From assembly GCA_009782175.1 (NCBI GenBank), contig WRKR01000007.1, positions 6,125 through 70,124 of the forward strand: a DNA stretch of 64,000 nucleotides, in the 5' to 3' direction. The position numbers were made by a program, and so were the translations under genes. Below, one piece after another: positions 1 to 11,284 of the stretch. Within the stretch, counting starts at the first letter, position 1, and each line of letters begins with the position of its first letter. Source of the DNA: Cystobacterineae bacterium (lineage in GTDB: Bacteria; Myxococcota; Myxococcia; Myxococcales; Myxococcaceae). The notes under the pieces were generated by a model. It saw only the letters and a list, made by a program, of their open reading frames with translations, had not been told where the DNA came from and did not search any database.

Positions 1-3000
1 ACCGTATAAGGGAAAGGCTCTTGCGTCAGAGAAACCGCTGCCTGAAATAAAATTTCTAAACGCTCCAAAGGCATAATACGTGTCCACACAAACTCTGGAC
101 GCATCAACGTCAATGTTTTGGCCAACCAAAAGCACACTTCATTTTGGCCTGTTTCTGAAAAAAACCGCCCTCCCAGCTTAATAGAAATGGGTGAGGTATT
201 ACAAATTTCTACACCTATAGATGCTTCAGGAGGCGTTTCTGAGCCACGTTTTGCACGTGAAAAAACCAAAAAGGGAGAAAATACGGGGATCGCATCAGCA
301 CCTAATAAACGAGAAACCTCCTTCAATTGCCCCAATTGGTATTCCAGAGATTTGGAGAGATCCAACTGGTGCTTGCGAGGATTCATTTGATAACTCGCAT
401 GCTCTTCTTTGAAGAGCGCACCGGCATGGAGATATAAAAGCCCCAAAAATTCGCGCTGTTGGCCGCGGACGCTGGGGTGATAGAGCGCATTCCAATGTTG
501 AGCTGTCAATGGCTTTTGAGGCAGGCCTTTCTTGCGCGCCCAGCGTGCCAATTTTTGGACAATGGCTTTTTCGTCTTCGCCCTTTGAATCCAAGAAAACG
601 GTTGCGGCTTGTGCTGCCAACCAGGCTGAATCCAAGTGTTTCTTCTCCACAGAAAGCGTGGCCAATTCAACGGCCACCTTCGTCAAATTCTGTGTTGTTA
701 AAGAAGCACGGCGGTATGCAGCCAAAGCTTCATCCAGTTTTCCTGTTTGACGAGCAAGTGTTGCATAGGTTTCTTGTACATGCGCATCCCTGGGAAGACC
801 TTTGGCCAACACGGCATATACCTGCGTGGCCTCGGGGACTCGCTTGAGGACATTGAGATATAGATCACCCAATGTCCTAAAAAGCGCCATGCGCGCAGAA
901 AACATATCATCCGTCTTGGGCAGCCTTTGGATCATCCGATGATAATTGCTCTCCAGCTCCCCCCACCGCCGCTGTTTCCCCAGCATAGACTCCAAAGCTT
1001 GAAAAGCCTCAATAAACCTAAAATCCAAATCCAAAGCAGCATTCAATGCCTTGGCCGCCCCATCAATGTCGCTGAGCTTGTCGCGCAGAAGAATGCCCAA
1101 ACGTTTATAGGCCTGCTTTGATCGTTCAGGACTGCTTTTGACTTCTTCTATTTCGAGCATTCTTCTGAGCAAATCCCCTGCCTTGGCAAATTGCCCCGTC
1201 TCTTCTGAAAGTACACAAAGGCATTCCATGGCCTGAAGGGATTGGGGTTGGCTGCGCAAAGCAATGGAATAAGCATCAATGGCTTGCCACGTATCATGCA
1301 GGTGGTTTTTGGAAACATCTCCAAGCGACATGGCCAGTTGATATTGCTTGTCTCCTTCGACCAACTGAAGCAGGCGGCGATAGCAATCTGCCACTTGCTC
1401 CCAATTTTTCGCGGCCTGGGCAAGGTTGCTCAAAGAGACCAACGAGGGCTCATGCTGAGCATCCAAAGCCAAGGCTCGCTCAAACTGGTTCGCCGCTTTG
1501 TCGAGTTGTTTTAAAGTGACATAAAGGTCGCCCAGCATCCAATAGATTTCAACGACTTCAAAATCCGCCAGGACATCGCGATGATAAATGAGAATGTTTT
1601 GATAAACATGCAGCGCCTCTTCATGGCGCCCAGATTTCATCAAGCGATTTCCCAACCCCTCCAGTGCAGACAAATAACTGGGGTCTAACTCATGAGCTCT
1701 TTGGAAACATTCCAGTGCCCGAGTATCCTCCCCCAGTTTTTCACAAACATAAGCCAAGCGATAAACGAAACGACAAAGCTCTCTGGCCTTTGAGCCATCA
1801 CTGTCCTGAGGAAGCTCATTTTCCAAGTGCTGGACAACCACTTCCAAAGCGCGAGCGGCATCCGGCCAACGCTCTGAGGCTACGCACAAATCCACCAATG
1901 GGCGTGCAGCTGCCAACAAGTTAGGCTTCTCTTTGAGCGCCTTCACATAGATGTTTTCAGCCAGCTCGAAGTCTTCTTTGACTTCTCTTAAATAATCGCC
2001 AAATTCGAGCAAATATTGGCTTTTGCTTTCCGGCTCAGAAACCAGCTGAATGATTTTGTTCAAAGTAGATTCATAAGTTGTCCATGTTTTTTCTTGGTAA
2101 TAAATGGACTTCAGCGCAACCAAGGAAGGCAAATGCAATTCGTCAAATTTCAAAGCCTCCAAATAGGCTTTCTTTGCCGAAACCATGTCCTTCATTTCTT
2201 CTTCATGAATCTGACCGATGCGATGATGCAGAGAAGCAGTTGACTTGTTTTCGCCAACAAGCTTCGCCTCTTTGCGAAGCATTTCTAAGGCAGAAGGCCA
2301 ATTCTTCTGAGCTTCAAAAACGCTGGCGAGTGCATGCACAGCATCACAATTTTGTGGGTTGAAATGTAATGCTTGTTGATAAGCAAGCGTTGCTTTTTCT
2401 ACATGGGCAAGCCTTTGTTGAAAAACCTGCCCCATGACAACCAACAATTTCGCTTTGTCGGCAGGCTTGGATTGCAAAGAGGACTGCTTTTCAAAAACAT
2501 CTATCAGCCCTTGCCAATCCCCTCGAGAATAGCGCAAGCGCTCCAAAACACGCAAAGCCTCCGTGTTGCTTGGATCAATCCCCAGCGCAGCTTGAATGCA
2601 AGCGTCTGCTTGCTCGAGGTTTTGGAGCCGGCTTTCCCAAATATCTGCTTGTTGAAAATAAAGCGCAATGCGCTCTGAAAGGTTTTCAGAAGCGGCAATG
2701 CGTTTTTCCAAAAGCTCAAGCAGTTCAATCGGCCTGTCTGCCTCCGTCAGCAAACGCTCAATGGATTTTAAAGCCAGCAGATGATGTTTTTCAAAAGCCA
2801 GCACCCCTTGATAAGCTTCAATGGCTGCTTCTTTGTCATGCAGATCATCCTCATAAATTTGAGCAATTTGCAGTTGAAGCTTTGAAGCCTCCTGGTGGGA
2901 GACCAACTCTCTCAAGCGCAATATGTTGGCCACCATCAGCTCAAAGTCACCTTGCTCCCGGCGCAGGCGACAGAGTACATCCAAAGAGGCGTGATCAGGA

Positions 3001-6000
3001 ATAAGCTCAAATGCACGCTCAAGAGCTCGAACAGCAGCGACAGAATTGTTTAAGTGTTTCTCCTGAAGGGTTGCCAGTTTTAAAAGCACACTTTTCTTGT
3101 CTTCGGATGTTTCGCTAAGCTCAATTTTTCGATCCAGAACGGCAGCCAGACTTTGATGACGACCATAACGCTCCAGCAAACTTTCAAGCCCTTCTAAAGC
3201 ATCACGGCTTGTTGGATCAAACTCCAAAATTTTCTGGAATGAGGCCTCTGCGGCATCCACGTCCCCTATATGTAGATCTTGAATGTTGGCCAGCAAACGA
3301 TACATCTGCGAGGCCAAAGGACCGCTTGGCAAGGTTTCAGCAATCTCTTCAAAAACAGCAGCCAATTCTTCATAGCTTTGTGTTTCATTGGCCAGGCGAA
3401 CAGCTGCATCTCTTAAAGAGCCGTTTTCTGGCTGAATTTGAAGCGCACGGCACAGCTGCAAAAACGCAACATCTTTTTGTCCCAGTTTTTGCTCTTGCAC
3501 ACGAGCAAGGCTGCATAATGCGGCCACCCGCTCATCATCCGTAACAAAATTTGGCAAAAACCGGTTAATGGTTTGAACATAAGAACGCCAGTCGTTAACG
3601 GATGCATAGAGATTAAGCGCTTGCTCATAGGCAGAGCGATTGGACATATCAATGAGGAATATTTTTTCTAGAGCTGCTCCTCCATTTTCAGGTTTTCCAA
3701 TTTTTGTCTTCCAAATATCTGCAACCTGAAACAACACTCTAACGGCTTCTTCCTCTTGTTGCTCTTCCAAGAAAAGTTGAGTTTGAAGCTCCAAGGTATG
3801 AATGAGATCGTTCCAGGCCTGCAATTTATAAAATACGCTCAATGCTTGATCGAGCATCGGAATATGATGAGGCTCAATCTCCAGGCCTCGCTTTGCAGAT
3901 TCCAAAGCTTCTTCACGTCGCCCAAGAGAAGCCAACACATCTGCAAGTTTGAGACGAATTTCTTTGATGGCCAAAGGTTCTGTCTGCAACGGAAGCAACC
4001 GTCGCAAAACAACAATCAAATCCTCTTTTTGTCCTTGCAGATCGAAAATTTCACGCAAAGCCTCAAGCGCTTCTTTGGCTCGAACATCTCTCTCTAAAGC
4101 TGCTTTAAAATAGGCAATGGCTTCTTGTGGTTTATTGAGTTGTTTCCAAAGAACTCGACCTGCAGCCTGGTTAAGTCGAACCAGCTCTCTGGGCTCCAAC
4201 ATAACCGTCAACCGACGTTTGAGCAAATGAAGCAGTTGTTGATGTTGGCCTGCTTTCTCAAGCAGATTTTCGAGCGCCAAAGCCGCTTGATCGTTCCGTG
4301 GGTTTTTAGAGACCAACTCCTCATAGAGTGCAATAGCTTCAGAAAAATCCTCTGACACATCGGCTGTCAGAGAAGCCAGTTTAGCCGTGACACGATCTTT
4401 CTCTGAGCCCGCAACCAACTCTCGTTGCGTTTGCAAAATCGCCCTTAATTTTCCGTGTTCGTTTAAGCTTTCATAGAGAAACTCCAGAGCTCTGGCCGAT
4501 GGCAAATTGTTTGAGTCTATCTCTAAAATCCGCTCATAGGCATAAGACGCAGCAGCCACGTCTTTCAGCTTATGTTCATGCAGCTCACCCACACGATAAA
4601 GCAGAGGTATTTTTTCTGCGTTGTCTTTCGTCCAAGCCAACAACTGCTCTAAAATATCAACTTGGGATTGGTGTTGATTGAGCTTGCCATAAATATGCTC
4701 TAAGGCTTTCCATGCTTCAATTGGCGAAGCCACTCCTGCGCGCAAAGCCCGTTCATAATAGCCAGCGGCAGTCTGCAGATCATTCAAATGCTTTTCATAA
4801 ACAGATGCCAATTCAAGGCAAACTCTCGACTCTGCTGTCGGCTCAAACAGCTGAGGCAATGCCTCTTCTAACGCGCCAGCGAGCTCCTCGAAAGAACCTA
4901 AAGTTTCTGCCAAACGCACCAGCTCACTGCGAGCGTGATCATCCTGAGGTATCTCATTAAAGGCTCGCAGCGCTGCTAAAAATGCCAATTCCGGTTCGCC
5001 CTGTGCCTCTCGCGCCTTAGCCAATTCAGACAACAAGGCATGGCGCTCCGCAGAATCCATGCTCACAGCAACGCGATTTTCAATAACTTGAATGAGCTCA
5101 TTTCTGTTGTGAGTTGCTCTGTGAGACTCAAGCAACAAATGAACAGCCATAATTTCTTGAGGAGATTTTCGAACAATGGCATTCACACGCTCAAGCGCAC
5201 CAGGAAACCTTGGATCGTGCCTCAAAAGCTGAGCATATAACTCAAGAGCCCCTTGCAAATCCGCCAGCCTCCCCTCCCTTATTGTTGCCAACCGCAACAT
5301 GAGAGGATAACGCTCATCCCCCTTAACAACTTCCAAACGTCGCGTTAAAATTTCTGACAGCTCAGGCCAATGTTGCTGCTGTTCATAAATGCGCTCGATG
5401 AATTCAAGCGCCTGAGGATGATCAGGAGAAATTTCTAAAAGCCGACGGAATGTTGCCGTTGCACTGGAAAAATCTCTCAGGCGCTCTTGGATGCTCCCCA
5501 AACGCAACATGAGCTCACAACGCTTTTCCGTGTCCTCCTCTAGGAACAATTGACGCTTAATGAGCCCTAACAAATTCTCAAGCTCATTATTGGCTTCCCA
5601 ATGGTTTGTGATCTCCTGAAGCGCTTGAAAATCTGCAGGCGCATGCTCCAAAACTTGAAGCCAACTTTGAATGCTGCCTTTGCTGTCTTTGAGCTTCATT
5701 TGCCACAAGGCACGCATTCGATAGAGGTTGGCCAAGGCAGCGGCATTTGTCGTCTTCTCCACTATCTCCTCAAGCAAGCCGACAAACTCGTCCCCCCCCT
5801 CCGTAACCTCAGCCAACTCTGAACACTCTTTAAGCAGCTCAGCACTTCCAGAGAATTCTCGCAGCGATCGAGCTGCCGTCAAAAAGGCCATCTCTGCATT
5901 GGCCAATTCTTGTTTATAGACATGGATAATCCGCAAAAACAGCCCCAGACGTTCCTGCTCTTCTGTTTCGGACTCAAGGCGTGACTCTAAAGTTTGCACC

Positions 6001-9000
6001 AACTTAAGGTGATCGCCTCCACCTGAAAAAATAGGATCCAAGAGCTTGGCTGCCTCTCCCTTTAAAGAGCTGTTTGATTTCACCATCTCCTCCAAGGCAC
6101 CAATGGCCTGTGGGTAGTTCGCTCTTTGAGCGAGTGCGTCAGCAAATAAATCCAATGCAGCCCTTGGGTTTTCGAGGCGAAAAACCATCAACCTTCCCAA
6201 GCGCACCTTCAGTTCCAACTCCTTATCCTCTTCACCCTTTGCTTTTGCCTGTTGAATTTGCCCCGCAAGAAATTCTGCAAACTCAAGATAACGCTCTGAC
6301 TCTGGAAGGAGTTTCAAGAGGTTTTGAGTCGCTTGAGCGTTTTGAGGATCACATTGAAGTATGCTTTGGAAACATGAAATAGCCAGCGAATTGTCAAGCA
6401 AAATGGCTTGCGCAAGTTCAGCTAAATGTTCAAGCAGCTTCACTTTCCGCTGAGGGTTTTCTTCTATCGTCACTTGCTGCTGCATGACCCATGCAAGCTC
6501 TTTAGGCCTTTGCAACTCGCGATAGATTTTCGACAAAGCCTCAAGCGCTTCTTTGTCTTGCGGCTGCTGCTCCAGAATTTGCATCCATACGCGAATGGCT
6601 GCTTCAGGGCGGCTCAGCTTCTCTTGGTATAGGATGGCAACCTTGCGAGCTAAAACCAAAGCGACTGCAGCAGGCAACATTCCCTCTCGCAAATCCTCAT
6701 AACAACCCACCAACACTTCAAAAGCGCCCAGCTCAGCGGATAAGCGCTCAAGTTCTTTTTGAACGGCTTCGCTTTCTATGTTTTCTTGATAAGCGCGCAC
6801 CCATGCATTCAACGCATGCATTTTTTCGCCCAGCAACTCGCGCAGGCGAGCAACCTCACAAAGCAACTCGACGCGAAACCCTCTTTCAACAAACTCCAAC
6901 TTCTGCTCGAGCAAATCAGCAAGCTTTTTATAATCCTGAGTTTGGCGATAATGAGGCTCCAAACTTTGCAGTGCCTCAATGCGTACAGAAGCATTGGCCA
7001 ACAACCCTTCCATCCCGGCAATGGCTTCTGGATAGGAAGGCTGTATAGAGAGCGCTGCACTCCACGTCTGAATTACATCCTCCAGACGAGATTCTCGTTC
7101 CAAAAGTTGTGCTCGTTTTGTCAGCAAACGCAGTTTTTCTAAGTCAGTTGAGCTAAACTCAACCAGTTTATTCAAAACATCTGCTTGAGCTCCAAACTGT
7201 TTGTTGCGAGCATAAAACCGCTCAAGCGCTTCCAGGGCTTCTTTGGTGGGTTGCAAGGAAACTGAAAGCTTAAACACATCATGTGCTGTCTGCTCTTTTC
7301 CTGTGGCCTCAAAAGCCAAGCCTGCTTGATTGAGCAATGAAATTTTCTCATCAACCTCTGTGCTCAATTCAGCTTTGCGCAAATAAATTTGCGCCAGCTC
7401 CGCTGCATCCTTGTTTTGAGAATAAAGCTTTTCAAGTCGATCCAGGGCTTGACTGTCTTCGGGAGAAATCCCCAGCAAAAGTTGCCACAAGCGCAGAGCA
7501 TCTTCAATCTGGCCCTGTTGCTCCCATAATTGAGCAGAACAGCGTATCCATTTTTGCTTGCTTTCATCTATATCCGAAAGCTGCCCAGCAACGTTTTCAT
7601 AAATTTCAGCAAGCTCAAGCTCAGAAGCGGTCGCTTTTGCCAAGCGTTCCAAATGAGGTTGAATGGTCTCCCGTTCCAAGCCTTCAGAAAAAGCTTTCAG
7701 TGCTGACATGAATGCAGCTGACGGCTGTCCCAACTCTTTCTCTTGGATCTCACAAATTTGACTCACCAACTGTGCACCCAACGCAGGCGAAGTTTGCTTG
7801 AGCAATGCTTCTCTAACAAGAACACGCTTGTTATGCTCATTCTGTTTCGCCCAAATGGGATCCAATATCTCCAAAGCCTGTGTGCCAAGCGGATCGTTCT
7901 TTTGTGCCCATTGCTCCAACACAGTCTGCGTCGGCAAATTGGAAGGGGATTGAAGCAAAATGTGGCGATAGAGTTGCAAAGCGCCAAACTCATCCTGAAG
8001 ACGCTCTCTCCTGAGCTCTGCCAGACGGAACGTCAGCTCAAGCCCAAGAGGTGTTTCCCCCTCTTGTGAGCGCCTCAACTCTAATGCAAAGACAAGCTCT
8101 TGAGGCCAATCCAAAGCAGCATAAAGTCTCTCCAATGCGATGGCTGCATCCTTGGCCGATATGTCTCTCTCTGAGATCAATCTCCAGTTTTGTGCAGCAC
8201 GAGCTTTGTCTTCTAAGTTTTCCTCGGAAATCAGCGCAGCTTCTCGACCAAACTTGAGCTTGTTTGGCAACTCAGCTGATACATCCGCCAAACGCTCTAA
8301 AATTTGAACAAGTCCATTCCAATTCTGCTGAACACGATAGAATTTTAACAAACTCTCGAGGACTTCTATATTGTTTGGCTCAAGGCTGAGTATGGCTTCT
8401 AATTGCCCAGTTGCTTTTTGAGGCTTCCCAAGTTTTTCAAAAGCATCGGCAAGTTCCCGTCTTAACCCAAGCTGTCCTGGACACTGAGGAGCCTCTAACA
8501 TTTCCTCGAGGACTTCTGCATACATGTCCAAAACATCTGCCTGCTCTGCCGAGAGCCTGGCTGCCAATCTCAACTGTTTATCATCTGGCGCCAAACGCAT
8601 CGCATGCGTAAACGCAACAAAGGATTGCTCTGGCTGTTTGAGAAACTTCGCCTGAATCGCGGCTATTTGTCGAAAAGCATTTATCTTCTCAAGCAGATCT
8701 GCCGTTGTTCGAGAAACCACCTCCAAGGCCACAACCCACTTGCGATAATCACGCGTTCTTTCATAGACCGGCAGCAATGCACGCGCTGCATCCGCTTGAG
8801 TTTCTGGAGCAGACAACAACTCATTCAGTGTTTCAATGGCTTTTTCATCGTTAGGTTTCTTCGCCAAAATTTCTTGGCACCTTAAAACAGCCTCATGCTG
8901 TTTGCCTATGCCATGCTCAGCAACTTTATGTTCCTTTGGCAAAACAGTTTCGGCAGCAGTTGAATCCGTCGGCATAAGCTGAGTTTCCGAAGTTTCACCT

Positions 9001-11231
9001 GTTGAAGCAACTTGCTCACCCACCTTCACGCCATGAGGAGCCAAGGCCTGAGAAATTCTCAGCTGCTCAATACCTTCACTGGCCAGTTGCTCAAGGCTGG
9101 AGATCACTTCTGCGTTTGCATCGCCTTCTGCCAAAAGTGAAAGATAGAGTTGCGCAGCCTCATCTTTCCTGCCGAGTTTTTCATTTTGTATTTGCGCAAA
9201 AAAGATGCGCCAAACATTTCTTTCTTTTGACTCCGGAAGCAAGGCGACCAATTTTTCTAAATATAAAGCTGCCTCATCCCAGCGTTCCAGCTTCCCATTC
9301 ACATCCACCATCTTGCGGAGCACTTCCGTATCCTCAGGCTCCAAATGCAAATGTTTTCGATAAATGTCGAGCAACGCTTGAGGCGATGCATTGTTGGCTT
9401 CCAAGTCTCTTGCTTGTTGAAGCAAGAGCAGCCGCTCATCTTCAGCTTCAGCTTCGCTGCTGGGCAAAGACTTCAAGGACTCCAGCGCAGACAGAAGCTC
9501 TGCATCATCTGGATCAATCTTCTGGACTTCAAGCCACGCTTCTTTTGATTCACTCGCTTTGTCCAGCGCAGACAATTGTTGAGCGATGGCTTTCCAAAAA
9601 ACAACGGCCGTTTTCTTGTCCGCCTTCTGTGCCACTTTGCGCAGCAGCTGAATGCATGTTTCTTGTGCATTGGCTTGAGCAGCAACTTGCGCAAGCTTCT
9701 GCAAATGCTCTGTCTTTGAAGGAAAAAGCTGAATAACCAGCCCCCAGGCCAAAAATGCCTTTGCCGGCTCCTCCTTCTGGGAAAACAGCGAAGCTGCTTC
9801 TTCACAAAGTGTTATTCTTTCTTGCAGTGGCTTAGGCGCCTTCATCGCCCTTGGCAACAAAGCAGCTAACTCAGAAACGTCTTCTGCTTTCAAAAGCAAC
9901 TGGGCAAGTCGAAATACCAGCATCCCATCCTTGGGAGTTAAACCGAGTGCCTTTTCAAAGGCCAGCCTGGCTTTGGCGTCGTCTTTAGAATAAGCCAGAG
10001 CAATATCAGCAACTTTCACCAATATTTTTGCCTTCTCCACATTTCCTGTTTGGGCTTCGAAATTTTTTTCAAGCAACTGCAAAGCTTTTGAAATATCACC
10101 TCGAGCCAAAGCCAACTCTACAGCTACGCCGACAAGATCGCTGCGGGCTGGATCATTCAGCGAAGCATTTTCAAATGCTGCAGCAGCAACCACCTGGTTG
10201 CCTAGCTTTTCCAAAGCCAACTGCCCCAAACGCAGATAGAGCGCTATTTTGGCGTTTCGGTCCTTTGTTTCATGTGCAAGTTTTTCAAATGCGGAAACAA
10301 CAATATCATAACGTCCAGAGGATTTGGCACCATGCTCTAAAAGGCCCAGAGCGCCAGGCATGGCTGGCCATAACAAAAAACATTGGTCCAAAGCTTCCTT
10401 CATGCCTTTTTTTCGCTCAGCAATGTCTGATTCAAAAAAGGCATAAATTTTTGCTATTTTGAGGAAATGCTTTGCTGCTTGCTGTCGGTTTGTCTCCTTC
10501 TGCGCAGCCTCGCGAAATGTTTGTATATGAGCTTTCCAATTTGTTGAAAACTGAGAAAACTTTTGTTGGAGCTCACACAAACGCTCATTTGATGAGTCTA
10601 TTTCAGCAAGGAATGTGAATATTTGTTTGCTAAGCTCCCAGGATTGAGGATCTTCGATCACCGCTTCTGCAAGAAGCAAATGCTCATCCACCAGAGTATC
10701 CGCAGGCACCTGCGCTGCTTCTTGTTGCAACAGCTCATAGGCAGCAAAAAAATTCCCTGTTGCTATCAATATTTGACGTGCTTGCCTAAAGGTTTCCTGA
10801 TGAGAGGGCACCGCTTTCACAGCAAGCTTGCAACAACGCTCTGCGCGATCAAAAAACTGCAGCTGCTCAAAAAGACGTGCTGCTCTCAGCAAGCAATCTG
10901 CGGATTCTTCTGGCTTATAAAGCTCAGCCAAGCGTTCCAATGTCTCGGCTAAGCTCAGCAGATCTTTCCTTTGCTCGCACAGAAACTGAAACTCCCGCAG
11001 TGCCTCAAGCGAGCATGGATCATAAGCCAACGCACGTTGCAACAATTCTTCTGCTAAAAATGGTTTGTTGAGGCGCGTGTTGGCCAAGCTCGCAGCCCGT
11101 GCAAGCAAGGTCGCAGCCTCTTTGAGGCTTGCAACCTCACTCGCACGCGACTCATAGAGAAAAACGAGCTCTTCAATACGTTGAGCTTTAGCTTTTATTT
11201 CAGTTTCTGCTGTCAGCCTGTTGTTATTCAT
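1..11231 (-). CDS. Giant TPR-repeat protein of more than 3,740 aa, partial (3' end beyond the left edge); GltI/AgmK-like last gene of the gliding cluster
   Basis: Absent from the ORF track because there is no in-window stop. The reverse complement from ATG 11231-11229 reads MNNNRLTAETEIKAKAQRIEELVFLYESRASEVASLKEAATLLARAASLANTRL... The same frame (coordinate mod 3 = 2) still reads helical-hairpin text at 1439 (VSLSNLAQAAKNWEQVADCYRRLLQLVEGDKQYQLAMSLGDV) and at base 1. No listed minus-strand ORF lies in this frame. If it held a stop, an ORF starting at 11231 would have been listed. Confidence 0.85.
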   Translation of the reverse strand, partial: MNNNRLTAETEIKAKAQRIEELVFLYESRASEVASLKEAATLLARAASLANTRLNKPFLAEELLQRALAYDPCSLEALREFQFLCEQRKDLLSLAETLERLAELYKPEESADCLLRAARLFEQLQFFDRAERCCKLAVKAVPSHQETFRQARQILIATGNFFAAYELLQQEAAQVPADTLVDEHLLLAEAVIEDPQSWELSKQIFTFLAEIDSSNERLCELQQKFSQFSTNWKAHIQTFREAAQKETNRQQAAKHFLKIAKIYAFFESDIAERKKGMKEALDQCFLLWPAMPGALGLLEHGAKSSGRYDIVVSAFEKLAHETKDRNAKIALYLRLGQLALEKLGNQVVAAAAFENASLNDPARSDLVGVAVELALARGDISKALQLLEKNFEAQTGNVEKAKILVKVADIALAYSKDDAKARLAFEKALGLTPKDGMLVFRLAQLLLKAEDVSELAALLPRAMKAPKPLQERITLCEEAASLFSQKEEPAKAFLAWGLVIQLFPSKTEHLQKLAQVAAQANAQETCIQLLRKVAQKADKKTAVVFWKAIAQQLSALDKASESKEAWLEVQKIDPDDAELLSALESLKSLPSSEAEAEDERLLLLQQARDLEANNASPQALLDIYRKHLHLEPEDTEVLRKMVDVNGKLERWDEAALYLEKLVALLPESKERNVWRIFFAQIQNEKLGRKDEAAQLYLSLLAEGDANAEVISSLEQLASEGIEQLRISQALAPHGVKVGEQVASTGETSETQLMPTDSTAAETVLPKEHKVAEHGIGKQHEAVLRCQEILAKKPNDEKAIETLNELLSAPETQADAARALLPVYERTRDYRKWVVALEVVSRTTADLLEKINAFRQIAAIQAKFLKQPEQSFVAFTHAMRLAPDDKQLRLAARLSAEQADVLDMYAEVLEEMLEAPQCPGQLGLRRELADAFEKLGKPQKATGQLEAILSLEPNNIEVLESLLKFYRVQQNWNGLVQILERLADVSAELPNKLKFGREAALISEENLEDKARAAQNWRLISERDISAKDAAIALERLYAALDWPQELVFALELRRSQEGETPLGLELTFRLAELRRERLQDEFGALQLYRHILLQSPSNLPTQTVLEQWAQKNDPLGTQALEILDPIWAKQNEHNKRVLVREALLKQTSPALGAQLVSQICEIQEKELGQPSAAFMSALKAFSEGLERETIQPHLERLAKATASELELAEIYENVAGQLSDIDESKQKWIRCSAQLWEQQGQIEDALRLWQLLLGISPEDSQALDRLEKLYSQNKDAAELAQIYLRKAELSTEVDEKISLLNQAGLAFEATGKEQTAHDVFKLSVSLQPTKEALEALERFYARNKQFGAQADVLNKLVEFSSTDLEKLRLLTKRAQLLERESRLEDVIQTWSAALSIQPSYPEAIAGMEGLLANASVRIEALQSLEPHYRQTQDYKKLADLLEQKLEFVERGFRVELLCEVARLRELLGEKMHALNAWVRAYQENIESEAVQKELERLSAELGAFEVLVGCYEDLREGMLPAAVALVLARKVAILYQEKLSRPEAAIRVWMQILEQQPQDKEALEALSKIYRELQRPKELAWVMQQQVTIEENPQRKVKLLEHLAELAQAILLDNSLAISCFQSILQCDPQNAQATQNLLKLLPESERYLEFAEFLAGQIQQAKAKGEEDKELELKVRLGRLMVFRLENPRAALDLFADALAQRANYPQAIGALEEMVKSNSSLKGEAAKLLDPIFSGGGDHLKLVQTLESRLESETEEQERLGLFLRIIHVYKQELANAEMAFLTAARSLREFSGSAELLKECSELAEVTEGGDEFVGLLEEIVEKTTNAAALANLYRMRALWQMKLKDSKGSIQSWLQVLEHAPADFQALQEITNHWEANNELENLLGLIKRQLFLEEDTEKRCELMLRLGSIQERLRDFSSATATFRRLLEISPDHPQALEFIERIYEQQQHWPELSEILTRRLEVVKGDERYPLMLRLATIREGRLADLQGALELYAQLLRHDPRFPGALERVNAIVRKSPQEIMAVHLLLESHRATHNRNELIQVIENRVAVSMDSAERHALLSELAKAREAQGEPELAFLAALRAFNEIPQDDHARSELVRLAETLGSFEELAGALEEALPQLFEPTAESRVCLELASVYEKHLNDLQTAAGYYERALRAGVASPIEAWKALEHIYGKLNQHQSQVDILEQLLAWTKDNAEKIPLLYRVGELHEHKLKDVAAASYAYERILEIDSNNLPSARALEFLYESLNEHGKLRAILQTQRELVAGSEKDRVTAKLASLTADVSEDFSEAIALYEELVSKNPRNDQAALALENLLEKAGQHQQLLHLLKRRLTVMLEPRELVRLNQAAGRVLWKQLNKPQEAIAYFKAALERDVRAKEALEALREIFDLQGQKEDLIVVLRRLLPLQTEPLAIKEIRLKLADVLASLGRREEALESAKRGLEIEPHHIPMLDQALSVFYKLQAWNDLIHTLELQTQLFLEEQQEEEAVRVLFQVADIWKTKIGKPENGGAALEKIFLIDMSNRSAYEQALNLYASVNDWRSYVQTINRFLPNFVTDDERVAALCSLARVQEQKLGQKDVAFLQLCRALQIQPENGSLRDAAVRLANETQSYEELAAVFEEIAETLPSGPLASQMYRLLANIQDLHIGDVDAAEASFQKILEFDPTSRDALEGLESLLERYGRHQSLAAVLDRKIELSETSEDKKSVLLKLATLQEKHLNNSVAAVRALERAFELIPDHASLDVLCRLRREQGDFELMVANILRLRELVSHQEASKLQLQIAQIYEDDLHDKEAAIEAYQGVLAFEKHHLLALKSIERLLTEADRPIELLELLEKRIAASENLSERIALYFQQADIWESRLQNLEQADACIQAALGIDPSNTEALRVLERLRYSRGDWQGLIDVFEKQSSLQSKPADKAKLLVVMGQVFQQRLAHVEKATLAYQQALHFNPQNCDAVHALASVFEAQKNWPSALEMLRKEAKLVGENKSTASLHHRIGQIHEEEMKDMVSAKKAYLEALKFDELHLPSLVALKSIYYQEKTWTTYESTLNKIIQLVSEPESKSQYLLEFGDYLREVKEDFELAENIYVKALKEKPNLLAAARPLVDLCVASERWPDAARALEVVVQHLENELPQDSDGSKARELCRFVYRLAYVCEKLGEDTRALECFQRAHELDPSYLSALEGLGNRLMKSGRHEEALHVYQNILIYHRDVLADFEVVEIYWMLGDLYVTLKQLDKAANQFERALALDAQHEPSLVSLSNLAQAAKNWEQVADCYRRLLQLVEGDKQYQLAMSLGDVSKNHLHDTWQAIDAYSIALRSQPQSLQAMECLCVLSEETGQFAKAGDLLRRMLEIEEVKSSPERSKQAYKRLGILLRDKLSDIDGAAKALNAALDLDFRFIEAFQALESMLGKQRRWGELESNYHRMIQRLPKTDDMFSARMALFRTLGDLYLNVLKRVPEATQVYAVLAKGLPRDAHVQETYATLARQTGKLDEALAAYRRASLTTQNLTKVAVELATLSVEKKHLDSAWLAAQAATVFLDSKGEDEKAIVQKLARWARKKGLPQKPLTAQHWNALYHPSVRGQQREFLGLLYLHAGALFKEEHASYQMNPRKHQLDLSKSLEYQLGQLKEVSRLLGADAIPVFSPFLVFSRAKRGSETPPEASIGVEICNTSPISIKLGGRFFSETGQNEVCFWLAKTLTLMRPEFVWTRIMPLERLEILFQAAVSLTQEPFPYT

Positions 11232-11284
11232 GGGGAAAAGCTCATCAACATTTAACCCCACAACATCTGATAAGTGTTGGGGGA

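Noticed and set aside
9002-9736. A 244-aa plus-strand ORF, together with all the other 60-144-aa ORFs listed between 118 and 11071.
   Set aside because: They lie antisense or out of frame to the continuous TPR reading frame. Their translations are Leu/Ser/Pro/Cys-rich with no motifs.
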